A stretch of DNA of 21,525 nucleotides from an uncultured Myxococcales bacterium. GTDB lineage: Bacteria; Myxococcota; UBA4151. Below are positions 1-9,237 of the stretch, piece by piece (position 1 is the stretch's first letter; each line of letters starts with the position of its first letter). The notes beneath the pieces are model-generated. The model was given only the letters and a program-made list of their open reading frames with translations. It did not search any database and was not told the DNA's origin. The position numbers and the translations under genes are program-made. The stretch lies in contig CAXGWI010000051.1 of assembly GCA_964013405.1 (NCBI GenBank), positions 1-21,525 of the forward strand. The letters are read 5' to 3'.

Positions 1-1
1 G

Positions 2-340
2 TTGCGCAATAAGGAAGCGGCCCTCAAACGCCGCTACCAGGCTCTGGAGAAACGAAAGGCTGGCGGGGAAAATGCAGCGAGCCTGGCAAAAGATCTCGCC
101 GCCTTTGAGCAGGAATGGATGAAGGCGCAACAACTGCGCATGACCCTGCAAAAGGAACTGGCGGCGTCTGAAGCCGAAATGACTCAGAAGATCCTAAAAA
201 AGATGCGCCCACTGATTCAGCGACTGGCCCGGAAAAACGGCTACACTGTGGTTCTAGACGCATCCCAGGCCCTCTATTATCCGGGGGATTTGGACATCAC
301 CGATAAGCTGGTCGAGGCCTATGATCGGGAAAGCCGATGA
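2..340 (+). CDS. skp: OmpH/Skp periplasmic chaperone (5'-truncated)
   Basis: Coiled-coil body ending in IQRLARKNGYTVVLD...LYYPGDLDITDKLV, the typical Skp C-terminus. Directly upstream of lpxD with an ATGA overlap. Confidence 0.9.
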   Translation: MRNKEAALKRRYQALEKRKAGGENAASLAKDLAAFEQEWMKAQQLRMTLQKELAASEAEMTQKILKKMRPLIQRLARKNGYTVVLDASQALYYPGDLDITDKLVEAYDRESR

Positions 341-1371
341 AACTCGGCGAGCTGGCCGAGATCCTGGGGGCGAAGGTGTCTCAGGCCCACAGCGAGATCC
401 TCATTGAGGGGGTGTCGACCCTGGACAAAGGCGGAGCAGGTGACCTGACCTTCCTTGCCAACGCGGACTACCGGGCTGGCGTCCTTAAGACCCAGGCCAG
501 TGCGCTCATCACCAGCGAGGCGATGCTCGGTGATGTCACACCGCCCCCAGCCCTCGGTATTTTGCGCCACGAACAGCCGTATCTGGCCTGGGCCAAAGCG
601 CTGGAGACTCTTGTCCCTCAACCCGCAGCGACGCCGGGCATTCACGCCACGGCGGTGGTCGACGGGACGGCAACCGTGGATCCGACAGCCGCTATCGGGC
701 CCTATGTCGTGATCGGTGCAGGGGCTCAGATCGGCCCAGCAGCGGTTCTCGACGTCGGCGTGGTCGTCGATGCCGATGCCCAGATCGGTGCTTCCGCCTA
801 TTTGGCCCCCTACTGCGTCGTTCGCAGGGGCTGCATTGTTGGGCCTCACTGCCAATTGGAGCCCCATTGCGTGATCGGGGTCCGGGGATTCGGTTATGCG
901 ACAGATGGGCAAGGGCAGCACCACGCCGTCCCGCAGGTCGGCATCGCGGTCCTCGAGGAGGGCGTCGAGATGGGCTCCCATATTGCAGTCGACCGGGGCG
1001 CGGTGACCGAAACACGCTTGGGTCGAGGCACCAAGATGGGCAACCAAAGTGCCATCGGACACAATGCGGTCACCGGCGCCAGTTGCCTCATGGTGGGGCA
1101 CAATGCGCTGGCCGGCTCATCGAGTATTGGCGACCACGTCATTCTCGCAGGTAAAGCCGGTGTCGCAGGCCACATCCATGTGGGTGATCAAACCACAGTG
1201 ATGGCTTACTCCGCGGTGACACGGCCCATCGGCCCTAAACAGGTGATTCGTGGCATTCCCGCCCGGGATGCACGAGAGGTGGCTGTGGAACAAAAGGCCC
1301 TGCGCCAGTTACCGGCGCTCCTGGAACGACTCCAGGCCCTCGAAGCCAAGTTGGGGGAGGGCTCCTCGTGA
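337..1371 (+). CDS. lpxD: UDP-3-O-acylglucosamine N-acyltransferase LpxD
   Basis: N-terminal uridine-binding domain (DLTFLAN, PYLAWA), hexapeptide repeats, and motifs GFGY, VPQVG, VDRGA and catalytic IGHN. Confidence 0.95.
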   Translation: MKLGELAEILGAKVSQAHSEILIEGVSTLDKGGAGDLTFLANADYRAGVLKTQASALITSEAMLGDVTPPPALGILRHEQPYLAWAKALETLVPQPAATPGIHATAVVDGTATVDPTAAIGPYVVIGAGAQIGPAAVLDVGVVVDADAQIGASAYLAPYCVVRRGCIVGPHCQLEPHCVIGVRGFGYATDGQGQHHAVPQVGIAVLEEGVEMGSHIAVDRGAVTETRLGRGTKMGNQSAIGHNAVTGASCLMVGHNALAGSSSIGDHVILAGKAGVAGHIHVGDQTTVMAYSAVTRPIGPKQVIRGIPARDAREVAVEQKALRQLPALLERLQALEAKLGEGSS

Positions 1372-2153
1372 CGATCTCCCCCCTCGCCCATGTGGCTGAA
1401 GGGGCTCAGGTGGACCCCTCGGCCATCATCGAGCCCTTCACAACCATCGGTCCCCATGCCGTGGTGGGTCCAGACTGCCATCTGGGCCCCCACGCCCATG
1501 TTGCCGGCCGAACCACCCTCGGTCGCAAGGTCCGCATCATGCCCTTTGCGAGCGTGGGCGAGGTGCCCCCGGACCTGAAATTCTCCGGCGAACCGGCCCG
1601 CCTCGTGATCGGCGACAACACGACCATCCACGAAGGGGCCACCCTGACGATCGGTACAGCCCATGGCCGCATGGAGACCACGGTCGGCAAGAACTGCTTG
1701 ATCATGAGTTACTGTCATGTGGGCCACGATTCTATCGTTGGCGATGGGGTGATCATGGCGAATGGCGCTCAACTCGGCGGCCATGTGACCGTCCAAGATG
1801 GTGCGATCCTCGGTGCCCTCTCCGGCGTGCATCAATTCTGCGTCATCGGTCGGCGGGCCTTTCTCGCAGGGGGAGCCAAGGTCACTCAGGATATCCCGCC
1901 CTGGTGTATCGCCCAAGGCGATCGGGCTCGATTGGTGGGCTTGAACGTCGAGCGCATGCGCCGCGAGCAGCTAGACAAAGGCGCGCGCAAAGCCATCATG
2001 GCGGTCTATCGGGCCTGCATTCGTCAACGTCTGGAGCCTGAGGCAGCGAAACAGGAACTCGGCGACCTGGCGGACCATGAAGAGGTCGCGGGCTTTCTGG
2101 CCTTCCTCGAAGCCAGCGAGCGCGGCATTCCGCTGGAGCGGCAATCCGGGTGA
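1368..2153 (+). CDS. lpxA: UDP-N-acetylglucosamine acyltransferase LpxA
   Basis: Hexapeptide repeats and motifs DLKF, HVGHD (catalytic His), GGHV, GVHQF, QDIPP and GLN. GTGA overlap with lpxD. Confidence 0.95.
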   Translation: MTISPLAHVAEGAQVDPSAIIEPFTTIGPHAVVGPDCHLGPHAHVAGRTTLGRKVRIMPFASVGEVPPDLKFSGEPARLVIGDNTTIHEGATLTIGTAHGRMETTVGKNCLIMSYCHVGHDSIVGDGVIMANGAQLGGHVTVQDGAILGALSGVHQFCVIGRRAFLAGGAKVTQDIPPWCIAQGDRARLVGLNVERMRREQLDKGARKAIMAVYRACIRQRLEPEAAKQELGDLADHEEVAGFLAFLEASERGIPLERQSG

Positions 2154-2950
2154 AAACCGTCGCTCTGGTCGCGGGGCGTGGTGCATTACCACCCATGCTG
2201 GTCCGGGCTGTGAAAGCCCAAGGACACCGAATCTGTGTGGTGAACCTGAAAGGGCACAACGACGCGCCCATCGAGCCCCCCGAGGTCGATGCCGCCACCA
2301 CGCTGCCAGTGGGTGCCATCGGCAAAGCCCTCAAGTTTCTCGAAGCCCAAGGGGCGGAGGAAGTCCTCTTTGCCGGCAACGTGGACAAGACCGTCTGGTA
2401 CCGTGACCTCAGGCCTGACCTACAGGCGCTCAAACTCATCACCAATCTGCCCGATGGCGGGGATGACCGCATTCTACGGGCGCTGACCGACATGCTCGAA
2501 GCCAAAGGCTTTCCGGTGGGCGCGCCGGTCGACTGGTTACCGGACTGCCTCGCGCCCACGGGTCATCTTGCGGGACCCGAAGCCTCAGCGGAGGTCGTCG
2601 GAGACATGGAGTTTGGGCTTAGAATCGCCAAGGGTGTGGGGGCCTTGGAGATCGGTCAAACGGTCGTGGTGTGCCGAGGCTGTGTGGTTGCGGTAGAGGC
2701 GGTAGAAGGCACCGATGCGATGATCGCTCGAGCGGGGATGTTGGCGAAGAAAGGGGCCGTGGTCGTCAAAGCCATCAAGCCCCAGCAGGACCGGCGTCTG
2801 GATGTGCCCACGGTGGGCGTGGAGACCCTTGCGGCGATGAAGGAAGCGGGGCTGCGCTGGCTTGCCCTGGAAGCGGGCTGCCTCATCCTGGAACCCGAGC
2901 GATTCCGGGCCCAGGCCAAGGCTTTGAAAATCGGTGTCTACGGACGATGA
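2150..2950 (+). CDS. lpxI: UDP-2,3-diacylglucosamine hydrolase LpxI (DUF1009)
   Basis: Motifs ALVAGRGALP, GDDRILRA, IGQTVVV, AVEAVEGTDAMI and KPQQDRRLDVPTVG. Located directly after lpxA. Confidence 0.92.
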   Translation: MKTVALVAGRGALPPMLVRAVKAQGHRICVVNLKGHNDAPIEPPEVDAATTLPVGAIGKALKFLEAQGAEEVLFAGNVDKTVWYRDLRPDLQALKLITNLPDGGDDRILRALTDMLEAKGFPVGAPVDWLPDCLAPTGHLAGPEASAEVVGDMEFGLRIAKGVGALEIGQTVVVCRGCVVAVEAVEGTDAMIARAGMLAKKGAVVVKAIKPQQDRRLDVPTVGVETLAAMKEAGLRWLALEAGCLILEPERFRAQAKALKIGVYGR

Positions 2951-3549
2951 GGGTCACCCTTGTCACCGACGTGACCCAGCACCCGGATCTCAACAAACGG
3001 CTCCATTATGCTTTGCAGGCCTTAGGCCCCCTGCCCTTCCAGCTAAGCCTCTGGATGCGTGACAAAGCGTTAGCGCCGGCGGATGCAGCGATCTGGGCCG
3101 ATCGCTGGCGATGGCTTTGCGAGCGGCATGGTCTGCGCTTTGAGATCAGCTTGGCCCACGCAGCCCTGATTCAACCAGGCGATGTGATCCACGTCCCCGA
3201 CGTCCCCCAGATGCGTCACCAGGCGCACCAACACTACCGGGACCACCTACGGATCCTCAGTCTCCACGGCCTCGATCAGTTGGGCATCGCCCTGGCCAAC
3301 CGAGAGGTTGAGTTGTTGCTCAGCCCCCTTTACCGGCCTCTCAGCAAGCCTGCGACGGGTCCTCTCCTCGACCGCAAAGGCCTTGAGTCCTTAAAGCGGG
3401 CCGAGCGTGAGCGCATTCATCTCATGGGCGGGCTCACGGCGAAACGCATCGCCCCCCTCGTGGGCGGACGCTTTGCCGGCTTCGCGGTCAAAACGGTCTG
3501 GCATGGCAAGCCCGAGGTATTTCTCGAAAACATGGGGACTCGGCTCTAG
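2947..3549 (+). CDS. Divergent thiamine phosphate synthase (ThiE/TenI)-like TIM-barrel protein
   Basis: ATG at 2947 overlaps the lpxI stop (ATGA). Motifs WMRDK, LSLH, LLSPLYRPLSKP, MGGLT and AGFAV parallel ThiE/TenI QLREK, SxH, GPVFPTxSK, LGGI and GVAV. Confidence 0.65.
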   Translation: MRVTLVTDVTQHPDLNKRLHYALQALGPLPFQLSLWMRDKALAPADAAIWADRWRWLCERHGLRFEISLAHAALIQPGDVIHVPDVPQMRHQAHQHYRDHLRILSLHGLDQLGIALANREVELLLSPLYRPLSKPATGPLLDRKGLESLKRAERERIHLMGGLTAKRIAPLVGGRFAGFAVKTVWHGKPEVFLENMGTRL

Positions 3550-3559
3550 TGGCTGGAAC

Positions 3560-3760
3560 CTAATCGCCGGCGCAAAGCGTCTTGGCGAAACGACGGTAGC
3601 CATCGAGGCGGTAGAACCGAAAGCTACTCTCGTCGCTGACCCATAAGCTCTTGCCGTCGTTGGCCAAATCCTCAACCGCTGAACCGGGTGCCGCAAAGCT
3701 GCCGCAATACTTGATTCGGCCCTCGTCCTTGTTGCGTAATGCTTCGTCGATCAACATCAC
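3560..3760 (-). pseudogene. Possible remnant or small ORF resembling a beta-propeller blade
   Basis: VEDLANDGKSLWVSDESSFRFYRLD resembles a propeller blade (xLAxDGxxLWVxD). An in-frame stop at 3800-3802 limits upstream extension. Confidence 0.3.
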
Positions 3761-3890
3761 CCGGGCGAACCCACCAGGGCAAGTGTCCTTCTCTGGCCAT
3801 CAACGTCGTCATCGAAACCTCGGGTTAGGGCAACGCTAACGACTGTTCGCAGCCCCGTAAAGCGCCGACAAAGACAACAATAAGGATGGC

Positions 3891-5854
<1,964 letters not shown>

Positions 5855-5868
5855 AGCCACGCTCTAGC

Positions 5869-8067
5869 CTATTTGTGGGTCATCTCAAAGACCCCGTTCC
5901 AGTCCTCCGGCAGGGCCTGGTCACGAACGGACCGAACCCGGTCACGCAGTTGAATCGCCACCGGATCATCAGCGTATTCCGGCTCGGCGAGAATCGTCTC
6001 GGCCCGGTCCCAATCCCGCCGCCGGTAAGCAGCAAGCGCTTCGGCGAAGCGCTCATGAGACCGCTGAGAAGCATCGACGCTCGTGCCGAGCAACTGATAC
6101 ACCGTCACCGCTTGGGATTTACCCTTCACCCGCACCGCATCGATCTCACGCACGTCGAAGTGGGCGCTGAGTCGGCGCCCGGTCTCCGGCCCCAACAGGA
6201 TCTCAGTGCCGTACATTTTATTCGTCGATTCCAGGCGAGCGGCCAGATTCACCATGTCACCGATCATCGTGTAGTCGAAGCGGCCGGTTGAGCCCATGTT
6301 GCCCACGATGGCCTCGCCGGTGTTCAGGCCGATGCGGATCGAAAGCATGGGCAAGCCCTGGGCCACCAGTTCTTCCCGCAGTGTCTCCATGGCTCGCTGG
6401 CAGCGCCAAGCAGCCCGGCCCGCTCGTTCCGCATGATCCTCATGGGGCTGGGGTGCGCCAAAGATCGCAACGATGGCATCACCGATGTACTTGTCGATGA
6501 TGCCCCCCTCTTCCACGATGATGCTGCTCATCCGGCCCAAGCACTGATTGAGCACCGAGACGAGTTGCTGGGGATCCATCTGCTCAGCCATACTCGTGAA
6601 GCCGGCGATATCGGAGAAAAAGGCGGTGATCTCCCGGCGCTCTCCCCCCAGCTGGAGTCGGTCCGGATGCTCAATCAACTCCGCAACCACTTCCGGGGCG
6701 ACATAATGACTAAAGGCACCACGAATATCCCGGGCCCGGCGCCGGTCCATTGCCCCATGAGCCAGTTGCAATAGGACCTTCGCAAGCAACCAAAGGCTGA
6801 GGGCGAGGAGCAGGCCATCGACGGCCAAGCTCAAGCCGTGAGCCATGGCCAGATCGACGAGGACGAACCAAAGTAAGGCGGCTCCGACCCCATGAAAGAT
6901 CACATGAAAGGTGTTGGAACGACGCCACGTCAAAATGACCACCAAGCCGAAGAGCACCAAGGCCCCCAGACTATAGGCCCGACTCTCCACAGAGCGTACC
7001 GAGATGGTTTGGTCTTCAAGAGCATCCGTCAGAGCCGAGGCGTGCGTAAAGACACCAGGCACTCGGGCCTGCCCGGGGAGGTTCACGAGGTCTTCAGTCC
7101 CTAATGCGCTGACCCCGATGAAAACGTAGCGGCCGGCTAAGGCCTTCTTCAGTTCAGGATCGCCGGGTTGGGCCTGGACCACATCACTCAGGCGAACCGT
7201 GGTGAAGCGCTCAACGGGGCGAAATCCGAGCAGCGGCCGCCCCCCATCACGCTGCTGCAGGTGGTCGAGCACGTTGCGAAACCGATCCGGGTCACTCACC
7301 TGCAAGGCGGCAAGGGCCAGGCTGCTGTAAGCTTCATCACCATGGCGGGTCAGGTAACTGTAACGCCGCACCACGCCATCCGAATCCTCATGAACGGCCA
7401 GGCTTCCCTCACCAGCCGCCGAGACCCGCAGGGTGCTCATGTTCCCCACGACTCGAGGGCAGTGGAGATAGTCGCTGCCGCTGAGATCGGCTTCGTCGAG
7501 AGGCTGCGGCCGCTGACTTGCTTCACTGCCGAAACGGTGGGTGTCCGCTTCCCGAACACAGCCAAAGCCCAAAACCACGGCGCCGGCCTGAGCCAAGGAC
7601 CGGGCGAACTGCTGGTCCGCATCGAGGGCTGCAGAGAGCAGGTCGAGATCCTCGGCGAGTGCGCCCCCTTCAGCGGTGCTGCCCAAGGGCCCATGCCGGA
7701 CCGTGTCCGCCATATCCTGGGCTAATTCGCTCGGCCCCGTCGGTGCAGGAACCTCGAACCAAGCATCGATGAGGATCGCTGTCGGGCCGTAATTGGCGAT
7801 CTTCTCGACCGCATCGGCCCAGGTGTTGCGGGCCAAGGGCCAGCGCTCACCCAAGCGCTGTAGGGTCTCATCATCGACCAGAATCACAGTGGACCGGCTC
7901 GCCGCACCACCGGCCTGGGCCGAGCGTCGGGCCAAGGTGCCATCGTGCAGGACCCGCTCCAGTTGGCTCAAATCCTGGCGTAGACCGATATCCAAACAAA
8001 GGGTGCCTACCGCCAGCACAAAGACCAGCCCGAGCAGCCGTCGCTCAAGGCCTAGCAGGCGTTCCAA
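5869..8067 (-). CDS. CHASE2-domain class III adenylate cyclase
   Basis: N-terminal TM, CHASE2 (VDDETL..GERWPLAR, DSDGVVRR, PGVFTHA), three TMs, then cyclase core (FSDIAGFT, DKYIGDA, GNMGS..RFDYTMIGDMVNLAARLE). The Lys/Asp specificity pair indicates ATP as substrate. TTG start abuts the upstream stop codon. Confidence 0.93.
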   Translation of the reverse strand: MERLLGLERRLLGLVFVLAVGTLCLDIGLRQDLSQLERVLHDGTLARRSAQAGGAASRSTVILVDDETLQRLGERWPLARNTWADAVEKIANYGPTAILIDAWFEVPAPTGPSELAQDMADTVRHGPLGSTAEGGALAEDLDLLSAALDADQQFARSLAQAGAVVLGFGCVREADTHRFGSEASQRPQPLDEADLSGSDYLHCPRVVGNMSTLRVSAAGEGSLAVHEDSDGVVRRYSYLTRHGDEAYSSLALAALQVSDPDRFRNVLDHLQQRDGGRPLLGFRPVERFTTVRLSDVVQAQPGDPELKKALAGRYVFIGVSALGTEDLVNLPGQARVPGVFTHASALTDALEDQTISVRSVESRAYSLGALVLFGLVVILTWRRSNTFHVIFHGVGAALLWFVLVDLAMAHGLSLAVDGLLLALSLWLLAKVLLQLAHGAMDRRRARDIRGAFSHYVAPEVVAELIEHPDRLQLGGERREITAFFSDIAGFTSMAEQMDPQQLVSVLNQCLGRMSSIIVEEGGIIDKYIGDAIVAIFGAPQPHEDHAERAGRAAWRCQRAMETLREELVAQGLPMLSIRIGLNTGEAIVGNMGSTGRFDYTMIGDMVNLAARLESTNKMYGTEILLGPETGRRLSAHFDVREIDAVRVKGKSQAVTVYQLLGTSVDASQRSHERFAEALAAYRRRDWDRAETILAEPEYADDPVAIQLRDRVRSVRDQALPEDWNGVFEMTHK

Positions 8068-9237
8068 TCAGGGACCCCATTCAATCGCATAGACTTTGGA
8101 GGGCTTACCCAGGAACCCCTGTTTCTTCGGGATCACCTGCCAAAACCAAGTCTCCTCCACGAACATGTGGGCTTTTCCGGCCCAGTCGGTGCCCGTCACG
8201 TCATCCATCTTGACCTGCCACACAAAATCCGGGTCCCTAGCCAGCCGGATACGATAGCCATCGGCTCCAGCCACCGGCTTCCAAGAAAAGACCACATCGC
8301 CCTTGTAGCGCCCTTCCAGCGGCCCCACCAAGAGGGGTGCCTCGGGGAGCACGATGGGTGCTGCAGGACGACCACCGGCGTCGACACTCGTCGCCTGACC
8401 GGCGGGCACATCCACCTCACCCTTGGCTCCCTTCACATTGACCAAGCCCTCCACCGTCTCGAGGCGCATATCCCCGTTGTCGGCCACATGAACTCTAAAG
8501 TCAGTCCCGCGAACGCCGGCGACCCCGGTTGGGGTGAGCACCCGATAAGCATCATCCTTGCCCCCCGTCGGCACTTCGAGATCGAGACGCCCCTTCTTCA
8601 CCGTCAGCTCCACCTCTCGTTTGAGCCGTTGACTGAGCTTGATGCGACCAACCAAAAGCAGGGTCCCCGGGGCCAGGCGAATGCGTGATCCATCGGCCAA
8701 CTGAAGCCGGACCCGGGAGCCAGCGTCGGTTTGAACAAAGGTCTGCGGCCCCAAACGCTGGCCGGCGGCAACTGGCTGTAGCCCATCGAGAGCACCCCCG
8801 CCCACCACCTTGCCCGAGAGCCCGCTCACCACAGCAACGTGCCGTTTCACCCGGCGTTCGGTGAACGCGATCTGGATCGCAGGCAACTCCCTAGGACGGG
8901 TCGATGGGACAACCACAGAAACCCGGCTCTTGGGCAAGCCGCTGGCGAGGAGAATGGCACGGACGGCTTCAGCCACCTTTAAGCCTTCTCCATCGGCCCG
9001 GCGCGAGGCGGGTACTCGTACGGCCACGGTGACCGTGCGCAACGCAGGGCGGCCCTTCAGAGCTGCGCCGATGGCCGCAACACAGGACTTCGTCTTTGCG
9101 TTCAACGGTTGGCTCACCTGCAAAGACATTCCCGTGCTGACCACACCATCCATCATCCGCAGCCCCTGGCAGGGCGAAGACGATTCAGCCGGCAGAGCAG
9201 CCAGCAGACACAGCGAGAAAAATAATGCGTTCCTCAT
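8068..9237 (-). CDS. Exported FecR-domain protein with N-terminal OmpA-like region and C-terminal FN3-like domain
   Basis: Signal peptide. FecR motifs VQTDAGSRVRLQLADGSRIRLAPGT, TPTGVAGVRGTDFRV and VEGLVNV. C-terminal FSWKPVAGADGYRIRLA...WFWQV resembles FN3/Ig. Confidence 0.85.
   Translation of the reverse strand: MRNALFFSLCLLAALPAESSSPCQGLRMMDGVVSTGMSLQVSQPLNAKTKSCVAAIGAALKGRPALRTVTVAVRVPASRRADGEGLKVAEAVRAILLASGLPKSRVSVVVPSTRPRELPAIQIAFTERRVKRHVAVVSGLSGKVVGGGALDGLQPVAAGQRLGPQTFVQTDAGSRVRLQLADGSRIRLAPGTLLLVGRIKLSQRLKREVELTVKKGRLDLEVPTGGKDDAYRVLTPTGVAGVRGTDFRVHVADNGDMRLETVEGLVNVKGAKGEVDVPAGQATSVDAGGRPAAPIVLPEAPLLVGPLEGRYKGDVVFSWKPVAGADGYRIRLARDPDFVWQVKMDDVTGTDWAGKAHMFVEETWFWQVIPKKQGFLGKPSKVYAIEWGP

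Noticed and set aside
319..2559. Long minus-strand ORFs opposite the lpx genes
   Set aside because: Typical antisense ORFs of high-GC coding DNA, with no recognisable motifs.
2671..2946. Long N-terminal extension of the ThiE-like ORF
   Set aside because: It overlaps lpxI. ATG 2947 with an ATGA overlap is the better start.
8068..9237. FecIRA-type iron uptake signalling
   Set aside because: No ECF sigma factor or TonB-dependent receptor is present, and the protein has a signal peptide rather than a cytoplasmic anti-sigma domain.
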